Below, piece by piece: positions 1 to 12,957 of a stretch of DNA of 64,000 nt; positions within the stretch are counted from its first letter, which is position 1; each line of letters begins with the position of its first letter. This stretch comes from Octopus vulgaris (taxonomy: Eukaryota): contig OX597814.1 in the NCBI GenBank assembly GCA_951406725.2, forward strand, positions 33,294,001 to 33,358,000. The letters run 5' to 3'. The notes beneath the pieces were generated by a model. That model made no database searches. It was not told where the DNA came from and worked only from the letters and a program-made list of their open reading frames with translations. The position numbers and the translations under genes are program-made.

Positions 1-290
1 GAGCCAACCAAAGGCTTGTGAGTGGATTTGATGGACAGAAACTATGACGAAACCCATCATATAACTCTGTGTGTTTTTATATGCGTGTTTTTCTACATAT
101 ATTTGTGCCTCCTACTGCTTGACAACCGGTGTTTGTTTGTTTATGTCCCTGGAGCTGAGCTGTTCAGCAAAGCAGATCTATAAGACTAAGTACATTCATA
201 ATAATAGTACAAAGGTCGATTTCTTCGACGAAACACGTCAAACCAGTGCAGCAGTATGACCGCAATCCAATGACTGAAACAAGGAAAGAA
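1..290 (+). mobile_element. SINE family A, head cut by window edge
   Basis: Body (CCTTGTGAGTGGATTTG...GAAACT) and tail (GACAACCG...AATGACTGAAACAAG) match other copies in the window. Confidence 0.85.
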
Positions 291-306
291 AAAATATTCT
301 TCAATA

Positions 307-612
307 GCTGCGGTGTGGTAAAAATCTTGTTTCCCAACCACATGGTTCCGGGTTCAGTCCCACTGCATAGTACCTTGGGCAAGTGTCTTCTGCTATAGCC
401 TCGGGCCAACCAAAGACTTGTTAGTGGATTTGGTAGACAGAAACTGAAAGAAGCTCGTCGTATATATATATATTTGTGTGTGTGTCTTTGTGCCTGTGTT
501 TGTCCCGCCACCATCGCTTGACAACCGATATTGCTGTGTTTACATACCCGCATGTTAGCGGTTTGGTCAAAAGACCGATAGAATAAGTACTAGGCTTACA
601 AAGAATAAGAGA
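307..612 (+). mobile_element. SINE family A, 3'-truncated
   Basis: tRNA-like head with B box GGTTCAGTCCC, CORE-like ACCTTGGGCAAGT, internal (TA)/(TG) tract. Confidence 0.9.
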
Positions 613-651
613 TTAGGACATGTATCCCTTCATAAATAATTTGTATATGTG

Positions 652-686
<35 letters not shown>

Positions 687-704
687 CACACACACATACA
701 CACA

Positions 705-950
705 CAGGGTGTGGCGAATAAACTGTTGTCTAAATTACGCGGAAATGAAAATTACGCTCACATCTCATTTTAATAGAAATTACATAAAAAGATCTCGAAA
801 TACTAAAGTGTAAATTTATTCAATAAAGTCGCCATTGGCTTCACCCACGGCATCCAGACGACTTCTCGGGATCTCCTCCAACTCTTCTGGACGGTCTCTT
901 TGTTTAAGTTGGTGAATGCTGCCATAATCTTTGCCTTCAGTTCGCCGCGC
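705..950 (-). mobile_element. Tc1/mariner-superfamily transposon 3' end fragment
   Basis: CAGGGTG terminus; minus-strand translation ELKAKIMAAFTNLNKETVQKS followed, after a frameshift, by EANGDFIE*, resembling a transposase C-terminus. Confidence 0.7.
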
Positions 951-1437
951 CTCAGTACCAAGCATCGAACCCACCATTCTTCGCCATAGTCTCCGCTGGG
1001 CAAGTCACGTCCAGCGTATGAAGCCCTCTCGTCTTCCGAGGATCATGCTCTACCGAGAACTTGCAGCTGGAACAAGACACAGAGGAGGCTCGAAATTCTG
1101 CTTTTTAGATCAGCTCAAACTGACCCGGGTTCAAGCTAACATCGAGCTATCCTCATGGGAATCGATTGCTATGGATAAGACAAACTGGAAGACTGTTATC
1201 CGCACTGGAGCCGGCTCCTTCGAGCAGAAGAGACAAAAGAATGAGGAGGTAAAACGAAGGAAAAGAAAGGAGCGTTTTCAACATCCTCAACTCGCACCTG
1301 CAATCCTATACGAATTCTGCCCACGACTCTTTCAGCACCGGCTTGGACTCCAAAGTCACATTCGGCACACACGTTTGCAGAGGAGACTGAATGGAGACTG
1401 ACGAAGCCAATGCTCTGATACGAGCTCGAGCCGACGA
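951..1437 (+). mobile_element. RTE-clade LINE, 5'-truncated 3' end
   Basis: ORF 931-1401: LRWASHVQRM..SRLPRIMLY.EL..G.R.RGG, WESIA.D...W and a decayed C2H2 finger (CPRLF...GLQSHIRH), typical of the RTE ORF C-terminus. Confidence 0.9.
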
Positions 1438-1445
1438 TATATATA

Positions 1446-1493
<48 letters not shown>

Positions 1494-1496
<3 letters not shown>

Positions 1497-1609
1497 ACTG
1501 CTCGCTTAGCCAGCGGAGTGGCGTCATTTGAAGGGTAAAACAATGCGAAACGCATTGCGACCAGCGATGTGTAGCAACATCTGATAGCCTGGTCGGTCAC
1601 GGTGATACG

Positions 1610-1613
<4 letters not shown>
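1494..1613 (+). mobile_element. Short SINE/LINE 3'-end fragment within (TA)n
   Basis: GC-richer island ending in a short tandem tail GGTGATACGGTGATA, flanked by (TA)n. Confidence 0.5.
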
Positions 1614-1656
<43 letters not shown>

Positions 1657-1682
1657 GGTGGCATACGAGTGGGTATATATTT

Positions 1683-1996
1683 ATAAAAAGAAGTTTGAAA
1701 ACGCCACTATATAAGATAAATTTTAATTTTCTTAGAGATTTTACATGTTACCACAGTTACAGCCAACGATTCAGTCAACACACAAGACAGTCATTATGCT
1801 CCTCACCCCTACAGAACACCACGACGTGGTCTCTGTTGAGACTAGTAAGAAACAATTATGAACTTTTTAAATTACACTTAACTTTTATGAATATTTTTGA
1901 TAAGCCTCGTTTTTTCAAGAAGAACCGAAACATGTAAAATCTCTAAGAAAATTAAAATATATCTTATATAGTGGCGTTTTCAGGCTTCTTTTTTAT
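1683..1996. repeat. Fold-back element (arms 1683-1749 / 1929-1996) with decayed hammerhead motif at 1893-1940 (+)
   Basis: Arms are reverse complements; ATTT-TTGATAA...GAAAC-AT-GTA-AAAT. Confidence 0.75.
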
Positions 1997-1998
1997 CA

Positions 1999-2490
<492 letters not shown>

Positions 2491-2494
2491 GTAA

Positions 2495-2670
2495 CTACAT
2501 GTGGACTTTGGGGGGTATTTTTCCAGCGCTTTCCTTTTCTCTTGGACTTTTGTCCCCTGTTTCTGAAGAAGAGCTTTACACGAAACGAAAAACACCCTTT
2601 CTTTCCTTCATATCCTCGTGTTGTATTTTCTGCGTTTGTTTTTTATTTTATTTTGTGGACTAATTATTAT
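2495..2670 (+). mobile_element. PLE terminal-repeat-like fragment with decayed hammerhead motif (2559-2593)
   Basis: GTTT-CTGAAGA-agagctttacac-GAAAC-GAA-AAAC; T-rich tail resembles the reverse complement of 35950-36010; flanked by microsatellite. Confidence 0.55.
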
Positions 2671-2752
2671 ATATATGCATACATCATCTCTCTCTCTCTC
2701 CGGCATATATATATAGCATATATATATACATATATGCATATATGCAATATAG

Positions 2753-2792
<40 letters not shown>

Positions 2793-2838
2793 CATATATA
2801 GGTATGTGTGTGTGTGCATATGTGTGTAGCATACATGC

Positions 2839-2878
<40 letters not shown>

Positions 2879-3873
2879 CATATATGTGTATGTATATATA
2901 AATATTTTAAATATATATATTACTGACACCGTTTTCTATACACCTTGCCACTCACCGAGACATTTTTGCTATCGGTGTAATATATTTTATCGACCCTAGA
3001 CAGTTGACTCACACAATGGAATCCTGTGGGTTTTCTTATCTTAACTAATGTGTGAGAAAGATATAAAGAGAATATTGCAAATTTTTGAGCCAATGGCAAG
3101 TCTTTCTACAGCAAATACAGCTTTTAGCTAATTTAGAAACACTCATTGCTCCTGTTTCCTTTGCATCGTGAACGAGCGATAACCTAGATTAACTCTGAGA
3201 CCAGTCGTATTACTTAGAACTCAATATTTTTTTATATTTTCATAGTTGATATATTCTATCAACTGAATTTTATTTTTAAGCACCATCCAGAAGAATATTT
3301 ATAGAAGTATCACTCTACTGAACATGATAAAAAATTAAATATTACTGTTACAATATATTTCGATTTTAAGTAACACGTAGAAGAAATCTGTTATAGTAGT
3401 ATTCTATGAGTGGTGGTGATTGGTCAGTGGTCAGTGGTCACTTGGTACGCAGAAACTTAATTATCAGCGGGGTTCAACATTTAATATTTTAATGTTTCTT
3501 TAAAATTAGTTCTACTCGTTATTGCAATTTATTAAAGGCTGCAATTTATAAAACTGTATATCAAAGGATCTTTTGCTTCCACTTATTCAATTTAACTTAT
3601 ACCTACTCGATCTTCACTACTATCAGCAAAATTCGCCAAGCTTCTTATGTAGGAAGTAGAGTTTCCTTCTCTCATGTCTGCTCCTATAGATATTTTCAAC
3701 ACTACTATTACTCCGAATCAAACCATCTCCAAGCAAACTACATGGACCACATAGCATTTCAACTTTCTGACTTATTAGTAGTGTTATCGAAGGCAGAACC
3801 AAACATCAGACTTTATATAGAAAATTTAATCGGTTAGAAATAAAAGTTATATTTTCTTATATTTCTAACAGAA

Positions 3874-4455
3874 ATTATATGAGACAGAAGCAGTGTTAAT
3901 ACCAAAGCTTAATATTTATCTCCGTTTCAATGTAGACACTATGTTAGATCACGGAATATTGTGATATTTCCCATGAAAGAACCTCTCATATGGGTTTGTG
4001 GTGCATCCAATCGCATCTATTCTAGGCATGAGGCGTTTTGACACAGCAGCTTTGGCGTTGCACATTTCGCGTCACTGATCCGACGTACACATATCTGACA
4101 TCAAATATATTGCTTTTCTCTTTCTTTCTCCCTCTTTGTCCCTCACCGCTCTCACTCTATTTTTTCTGTTTATGTTGTCGAACATATTTCTCTTTATGTC
4201 TATGAGGTGAAGAAAAATATTTATGTCACTCGTGTTCGATTAATAAATTGTAATATCTCTTCCTTTTTTCTCTCTCACATTCTCTTTGTATATCCGACTA
4301 TATTGCTGCGTGCACATGTCTGTGTGCGTATTTGCGCGTTTGCCATTAGTGGCAACACAGGTTGAACGCCTAGTCGTCCTTCAAAAATCGTCTGCGCCTA
4401 AGCAGCCACGCCCAGCCGTAAAATTCCGTGCACTCACGACACACACACACACACA

Positions 4456-4522
<67 letters not shown>

Positions 4523-4934
4523 CCTCCTCCTTTCATCGCCCATACCGTTTACCCAAGTCCAGGCTCTGATCTAACCAATACCACCAGTCATTTCTTCCCA
4601 GGACATCAGCCTCACAGGAATTAGCTTCGTACACTTGTGGTTTTTTTATTTTAAGTCATCTACTTATAATAGTTTAAGCACTGCGTTAATCACACCAATG
4701 TCACTGATTTCAGAGATGTTCTGAACGCTACAACAATTACCCGTCCTCAAGATTAAATTAATCAAAGAGAAGCATTATTCATGTGACAATTTTAGCCTTG
4801 CTTGGAAATATAAATATAAGTAAGCAAATATATTTATCTCCATGAGATATAAAAACTGGTATCGATGGGAACGATTTCAAGTCGTTTTGGAACCTCATCA
4901 GAAAACAAGTAATGTATTTTTTCTGCTAACGGAT

Positions 4935-5014
<80 letters not shown>

Positions 5015-5266
5015 GAAAAGCAATATATTTGATGTCAGATATGTGTACGTCGGATCAGTGACGCGAAATGTGCAACGCCAAAGCTGCTGTGTCAAAACGC
5101 CTCATGCCTAGAATAGATGCGATTGGATGCACCACAAGCCCATGTGAGAGGTTCTTTCATGGGAAATATCACAATATTCCGTGATCTAACATAGTGCCTA
5201 CATTGAAACGGAGATAAATATTATTTATAATACTTTGGTATTAACACTGCTTCTGTCTCATATAAT
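3874..5266. repeat. Long inverted repeat, arms about 255 bp (3874-4129 / 5004-5266)
   Basis: Arms are near-perfect reverse complements with a few substitutions and one small indel. Confidence 0.95.
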
Positions 5267-5345
5267 CTCTTTAGCTAATCACAGGTTTGTTTAAAGTACA
5301 ATTTGTTAATAGCCTTTCTCTGTCAGCACACACAGAGTGTAATTG

Positions 5346-5386
5346 TTATCTGATGAGACTCTAATATGAATCGAAACCAGTTAGAA
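5346..5386 (+). ncRNA. Hammerhead-ribozyme-like motif, stem I decayed
   Basis: CTGATGA-gactc taatat gaatc-GAAAC-CA-GTT. Confidence 0.55.
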
Positions 5387-6250
5387 AGATCCCAGTATTT
5401 CCACCCACAAATGAATAAATATATTTTCATTTGTTTAGAATTCAGAGCAAGACAATTTCGTAGTTTTTATGTTAAATTAAAGGTGTACTTTTAAACACAT
5501 TGCAAATTATATATCTACGTAAGCACTCCATCACTATATATGTAAGTGTGTGTGTGTATGTGTACGTGTGTGTGCGCGTGCGTATGTGTGTATATGTGGA
5601 TGGGTGCTAGTGTGTGTGGGGAGTGTTTCATTTTGCTTGTCAGTCTATATAGTTTTCTTTTCATGTGACATACTGCAGTTTCTCAGTTATTCAGATTGAT
5701 TTTCCTCCAAACATATGTTGACTCAAATACAACTTCAATAGATATTGCTACTCACACATTTTATTTTATGTCAGTATTTCTCTCCACTATCACAATTTCA
5801 CCCCTTCCCCTTTCTCTTTCCTTCCCACTGTCTATATTTATATATACATATACATATATATGTATGTATATGTATGTATGTACGTATGTATGTATGTAGG
5901 TATGTATGTATGTATGTACGTATGTACGTATCTATGTAGGTATGTGTTCGATGGTGTTGTCTGTGTGTGTTTTCATGCATATATACATACACACACCCAC
6001 ACACATACACACATACATATATATGTGTGTGTGTGTGTGTCTATCAGTCTTAATATCTTCTAAATTGTTTAAAAAATCTATCAAGTTATTAACACTATTC
6101 CATTACCAGTTTTCCATTATCTCTGAAAACAAGCATTCTGATTTGAAAATAAAACGAAACCACTTACCAATTAAAAATAGAAAAATCAACAAAGAACAAC
6201 ACAATACCTGCAACGAAAATAAAAAAATAATCATAAGAGAAAGAACACTA

Positions 6251-6336
<86 letters not shown>

Positions 6337-8838
6337 AGACATCATCGGCCAATGAATTTGGCAGCCATTTTGCTTTTCCTTTTTATATTGTAAAGTAATA
6401 TTCGAAGCACGTTGTCTCTAAGCTTGAAGCATTGGATGTTTTCCACTATATTAAGCGCTAACATTGAGTTCGTTTTCTTTGTACAAAATTCCGTGGAAAC
6501 ATATGCTAGTCGCCTTAGCAATGGTAAGCAAAAAGCCCTTTTTAGAGAGATAACTAAATAGAATATATATTGATTTTTGCTTTGAGCTATGGTGAATAGA
6601 TACATTTTAAGTTGTAAAACTTCGTAATAGCTATGTACATTATTAGATTAGTTTTATAATTTAAGAATTATTGATTCTGTTCAAAACGCTAAGAATGAAC
6701 ATTTATTTAGAGACCATTTACAAGAGCTTTTCTTGTAAAATCTTTTTCTTTTGTTACTTTACTCGATATGATTATTGTATGGTCATTTTTCTACTGATTG
6801 TGATCCATCAATTTTATCCTATTTGAGACAGAAACCAGTAAAAGGTTAAAACATTCGATAATTTTCTTATTAAGATATAAAGTAAATCTGCATATCATAT
6901 ACTTCTCATCACCATTTCTTAAATAAAATAAGTCATTTCACGTTATTTTGCTGGTAAAATCCTAAGCTATTTTGCTTTGTTGTACGCCGTAATTTTGTTA
7001 GAACTGTTTCATTATTTATCTATTACCATCATATAAATTTCTTTTCATAAGTAAAATATGCACTTTATCATTCTCTAATTCATCAAAGTGAAGCATTTTC
7101 TTGGCTGGGAGAAGGCTGTAGTGATTCAAGTTTGCTATTTCATTTCTTTCAACGAAATTATTTCATTCAAACATTATGTCTGAATGTCTTACAGAACTCA
7201 AATATTACCCATATAGGTATCACGTTCGTTTGAAGCCACCCCGATCACCTGAATCGCCTACCAATTGCACAATGAGGGAAAAACAATGTCTTGATTTAGA
7301 CATCTTCCTTATACTCACTGATTTAACGTTTTCTCTTACAGCATCACATCTTTTCATCACTCAACTCTCTCACTCTCTTTTTCTTTCATTCTCTCTCCTC
7401 CCTCACTCTCTATATATTTATCTCTCTCTATTTTTCTCTCTTTCACTCTCTCTCTCTTTCTCGCTCTCTCTCTCTCTCATATTTGAATATAATCCAAAAA
7501 TTTTGATTTTACTGTTATCTAATAGAGATTGAAGACGTACTGGCCTATCGCCTGCTTCTAAAATCAACGAAAAAATCGAACGTTATCGGCTAATTAAAAG
7601 TCTGGCAACGATATTTGTATAAATCCTCCATTTATACATCGCCAGCTGAATTAGGCATTTCAACCTTAATTGTGCTATATGAATCCTGTCTCACTTAAAA
7701 GCATTAACCGCTTGGTATTTTACTAAATCTGCCCATCTGCCGCCCTCAAATAATTGTTTCTAACATAAGCACAAGTCCAGCAATTTTTAGGGAAAACGTG
7801 AATCAATTGTACTTTAAATACTTTACTGATATTTCATTTTGTCAATCCCAGAATGTTGATAGGCTAGGTTAGACACAATAGGAAATTAAGTAAAATCTGT
7901 GTAACCAAATGCAGAAGTTTCTGTTGAGGTTACCCATAGGGACGATTATACAATTGAGGGTGCCTGCCTGTAGGCCATTAATATATACGTGGAAGAATGA
8001 AGGAAAATAACTGGACCTTACTGGCTCCCAATAAAATCTACAGTCGATGAATCTGTTCCGCACACATCGTTCAGTTTATATGTATTGGTGACTTGTGAAG
8101 TCTTGTTGAACATCTGCTTTTGTGCGTGGAACAGATCTGGAAATATAACAAATAGGAAGGTACTCAAAACATGTATCAGAGTTTATTCTTTTCAAGTGGC
8201 GATCTATTCAATCAGACTTTTACTAAATGAAACAAATAAATTGATGAAGCAACCAAAAATTTGCCATTTTCTAAATCTCGTACCGCTAGATTTAGTGAGT
8301 ATTTAAGCAATGTGTTCGTGGATAATTAATGGGTTAGATGCATTACTGATGAAAGAGCAATAACGCATAAAATATGCATATACACTCATTACTTTTCTTT
8401 CTATCTTAGACTGCGTTGTTTGCATAGATACATTGATATACGAAACGTCGTAAATTTCTGTGCTGGCTCTGAATTCTATAGAAAATTTGTACAGAGGTAA
8501 ACTTAAAAGTTAGAATATTACGCTGCTAACACAAAAATAGAGCAAGTTATTGTAAATTTTTATATATTTGGTTTAATATATTGTGGTTGTAAAATGATAT
8601 GCTGTGTCCTAGTCAGAAATTAGTAATAATAATAATAATGCATTATGTATGTGAGTGTGCGTGTGTGTGTGTGTTTGTGTGTGTGTGTGCGTGTGTATGT
8701 GTGTGTGCGTGTGTGTGTGTGTGTTTGTGTGTGTGTGTAGAAGATTGAAAAATGACACACGAGTTGATATGTATAAGGAAAGTAAGACATGGTAGAAAAT
8801 GCTAAAATAATTTTATCATGAAATACATTTTGTAACTG

Positions 8839-8876
8839 TTAGTACCGGTTTCAGTCTTTTCGACTTTTTTAACTAA
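8839..8876 (-). ncRNA. Decayed minimal hammerhead motif
   Basis: Minus strand TTAG-TTAAAAA-AGTC gaaaa GACT-GAAAC-CG-GTA-CTAA: stems I and II intact, core is three transitions from CTGAAGA. Confidence 0.55.
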
Positions 8877-9131
8877 GAGTAAAACAAAGGTGGATATCAA
8901 TTAAAAAGAAAAGCAATTAAATTGATGAAAAAGCTAAATGAAATGTTTTGTAAATATTTCCATAGTCTTCAAATAGGTAGCACATTTTTCTGTTTTCTCT
9001 CTTTCTTTCTCTCTCTTTTCCTTTGTAAAGGCTCGCTAAGTAGAAGCAGATCTGGAAAAAATAGACTTTATGGGCGCAGAGAAATATTTTGATTCTGAAG
9101 TCTGTTGGTTTAAGCAGCCGAGGAAGAGGGA

Positions 9132-9215
9132 AGAGAAGAAGAAGAAGAAGAAGAAGAAGAAGAAGAAGAAGAAGAAGAAGAAGAAGAAGAAGAAGAAGAA
9201 GAAGAAGAAGAATAA
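9132..9215. repeat. (AAG)n microsatellite
   Basis: Directly visible. Confidence 0.98.
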
Positions 9216-9299
9216 GAAGGAGGAGGAGGGGAAAGGGGAGGAGGAAGAGGACGTGGAAATTTATGGGATTAATATACTAACAACATACCAATTGAAAAA

Positions 9300-11345
9300 C
9301 CAGCCAAGAGAAGATCTCAAAACTATGGAAAGAGGATTGTGACAACGGAATGAAATCTCTCCATCGCTGCGAAAGACGCGTCACTTGGTTTTTAAACTAT
9401 GAAACTGTCTTTCAGCTACCCTTTTCTAAAAATACGAAAATCAAAACAACACTCAAACGCAGGTTCACACCCATCTAAAAATACAGAACCATCTCCCCTA
9501 TCAAAAAAAGGATACAAGATCTAACCCTAACTTCATAACTCACCCGCGAAATAACAACGGGGGTTCCCCAGCAACAAACAAAGCAATAAGAAATCACTGC
9601 ACACAGGATAGACATTACAACCTCCCCCAACCGCTACCACAAGGGGATACCAACGTAATTTTTATTCCAACAATCCGCTTAACAACCACGCACAACAAAC
9701 CTATACCACACGAAATAATTACCAACGATGGCCCTCTAAAGCACCAAATCTGAACACCAAATGTAGGGACACTTTTCAATCCCCATCCAAGAACCCGCAC
9801 CATAAATCACAACAGGACCCTACACAACAGGGGACAACTACATAACAACTACCGCCCCAACCATCTCAATCATTTTTTAAACCAAATACACAGACACAGG
9901 GATAAGAGATAGCACCAGTCATACAGAAGAAACCAAAAGTGATACAAGTTATCAATCTAACTCACAAAGAACTAACACAAGACCAAATCAACATACCCTC
10001 CAAAGGGCTCAAATTTACACACACACACCCCCACAACGTCCCAGCTATACGAAATGACAGATGACGTTGCAGAATTCTGCAGAAAATTACCACTCACCGA
10101 GGAACTATACGACAAATACAACGAAATAGAAGTAACTATACCCCATCAAAATCTAAGAACAAAATTCTTGACCATTTCTCTGAATACATCACGAATTACA
10201 CATTCACGAACAAAAATAAAAACCAAACTTCAGTAAGAAAGAATGGGCTGAGCTGAACAGATTAAAATATAGTAAAGCAATGACAATCAAAAAGGCTGAT
10301 AAAGGGAGTGCAGTAGTCTTAATGGACACGGTATACTATATAACTCTAGAGCTATCCATATTAGAAGACACAACATATTATGAAAGACCCAACACTAGAG
10401 TCTGCAGAAAATAATGAGAATATGAATAATCATCATAGAAAACTCAAGAAATACACGATTTGCGACCAACAATCCCATACATCCTGAATGGTCCAATAAA
10501 CATAGAAGATGGGAAGAAGACAGAACCTATAGACAATGAAATACGTACAAAGAACATGAAACATCCCCTCACCTACGAGGGAAACAGAATCCTGGAAACA
10601 ACAACAAATGGAAACACAGTAAAAAAAATACCACAACCTCGGTATACCATTTTAGAAAAGTATCTATGGTAAATCTACAGATTAATTTATTAGAAAGGCG
10701 AGGAACCCCATAAGTTATCCTCTCGCTAGATCCTCATATACGGAGAACAATTGTATAGTATGTAGGTTGAACCCACAAGTTAATTGCAAGATTAGGAATG
10801 TAGTCTAAATCTTACGATGTACTGAAAGACAGCGTAGAAACAAGACAACTTACTTACGTTAGGGAGACGGTACGTAGCATAGGGGAACAAATAGGCAAAA
10901 CACTGGTAGGAGCTCAAAGAGGATAGAAGTTCGTCAGTGAACTACCAACATGCTAAAGTAGAACATAGAATTTCGCTAAATAACATAGAACTTAACGTAT
11001 TATCAATGCATAGAATATAAACAACTCTTAGACAGATTACAGAGGCCACACACACAGTAATAGACAGTCTGTGTCTCAACAGAAAACACGAACCGAACAA
11101 TAATACCCATGGAATGATATCACACCCCGCAACACGGTGACTAAAGTCAGAATGGAAAAGACACAGATACAAATAATATAATATGCATACAAAAGACACA
11201 CATGATGAAATATAAGAAATAGAGATAAATAAGTAGAGATAAATAAGTAAACAAACACAAACAAAAAAAGCTATATAAAGGGCACTGATACAAAGCAAAC
11301 CCATATACACACACACAAACACACATCCAAAACATATAAACACCA
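9300..11345 (+). mobile_element. Penelope-like retroelement remnant, internally deleted and frameshifted
   Basis: KGLKFT (10002-10019), IKKADKGSAVVLMD (10286-10327; PLE DKG motif), YVRET (10855-10869; YIGET-like motif of GIY-YIG endonuclease). Confidence 0.85.
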
Positions 11346-11360
11346 TAAACATGCGTACAC

Positions 11361-11418
<58 letters not shown>

Positions 11419-11529
11419 ACACACACGCACGCACACGCAGATACAGGCGTTGATAATACCTTAATCTCAACTCCCCTTGTCAGCGGATAAGATACACTGA
11501 TTTCATAAATGGTAATAGGTGTAAATTAT

Positions 11530-12278
11530 AAGTAATTGACCAGCCAACATCAAGCGGAGAAAAGATTAGGCCAGTGAGATGGTAGAGATGCCACTAGCAT
11601 TTTGTGACACTGTCATATTCTCTGATGAGTTCAGATTTGGTGTATTTCGTGACAGTGGTCGATAGTGGGTTTGGAGACTCTGTGATCAAGAATTTGATGT
11701 AAAAAGATTGCAGCCAACAATGAAACACGACAGTTATTCTGGCGAGCAATTTTGAGCAATGGTTGATCAGAGCTGGTAGAGTGTGAGGGTAATATAAACT
11801 CAGATAAATGTGTCCCTATTGCAAATAGGACTCCTTCCAATCTTCTGCAGTGGTGAAATTATTAAAGTATACTCTTTATTTATTGAAGATGGGGTTCCTT
11901 GTCACACGGCTAAAATAACACAGGATTGGTTGGAAGAGAATGGCATTAAAAAGCTTCATGGCCAAGCCAGCCACTAGATATGAACCCTATCAAACACTTC
12001 TGGGACATAATGGACAGGACACTTCATAAAAGCAAAGCATCTTCAAAACCAGATCTTTTACTGCATGAAACTTGGCAAGAAATTCCTCAAGAGAATGTTC
12101 GTCATCTGATCGGTAACATGCCTAATAGGGCCCTTGGATTGAAAAGTCCAAAGGACATGTCTACACAGTATTAAATATTCACATTATAACAATAAATAAA
12201 TAATTCGAAAGTGTAATTTCAGATTTAATGAATTTTTAATGATTATAATGGGGTCTACTTACTTCTGTCATATCTGTG
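11530..12278 (+). mobile_element. Tc1-like transposon remnant (DDE domain and right TIR)
   Basis: VIFSDE (~11612), FIEDGVPCHTAK, frameshifted W..Q.LDMNPIKHFW; ends CATATCTGTG like the Tc1 end at 58751. Confidence 0.9.
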
Positions 12279-12281
12279 AAT

Positions 12282-12330
<49 letters not shown>

Positions 12331-12334
<4 letters not shown>

Positions 12335-12900
12335 TGTATGAAAGAATGGAGTTGAACGACTAGTTAACAAATATCCTTTATTCTCGACATATGTTTCGAA
12401 GGCTGCATATTCCTAATTCGGAAGGAATAAGGAGTACATTATGCAGATTTCTCATCAGGAAAATCAAGGAACTTATGTCGACATCAAAATGCACAAAAAA
12501 CTTTTAGCTGACCGCTCTCAAGGAGTCCATGGCGATAATGAGTGTCTCTTTATAAGGAGTGACGTCAGAGTGGCTGAATGTAGAAGAATCTAGAAGGTTC
12601 TAAAGGTTCAAGGGTTCAAACGAATGAGAAATCTGCATAATGTACTCCTTATTCCTTCCTAATTAGGAATATGCAGCCTTCGAAACATATGTCGAGAATA
12701 AAGGATATTTGTTAACTAGTCGTTCAACTCCATTCTTTCATACACTTATAATTTTAAAATAAACATACAAATTTCCGCACAAAGACACGTAGTCTATGCC
12801 CTAGGGACGTAGCTTCAACCGTGTTCTTTCTGATGTGAATTTGCTACCCAGGTATCGGTTATCTTTCGAATTATCCTTAATAAGATCATTCATTCAACTA

Positions 12901-12903
<3 letters not shown>
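12331..12903. mobile_element. PLE-derived fold-back element in (TA)n (arms 12329-12455 / 12624-12750)
   Basis: 127-bp arms with one mismatch, 168-bp spacer, carries a hammerhead motif, (TA)n on both sides. Confidence 0.8.
12380..12464 (-). ncRNA. Minimal type-I hammerhead ribozyme, apparently intact
   Basis: AUUUUC-CUGAUGA-GAAAUCUGCAUA...UAUGCAGCCUUC-GAAAC-AUAU-GUC-GAGAAU: 6-bp stem I (one G-U), 10-bp stem II with a 2x2 internal loop, palindromic stem III, GUC triplet. Confidence 0.85.

Positions 12904-12956
<53 letters not shown>

Positions 12957-12957
<1 letters not shown>

Noticed and set aside
11620-11640. CTGATGAG as a hammerhead core
   Set aside because: It encodes the FSDE motif of the Tc1 transposase, and there is no downstream GAAAC/GUH
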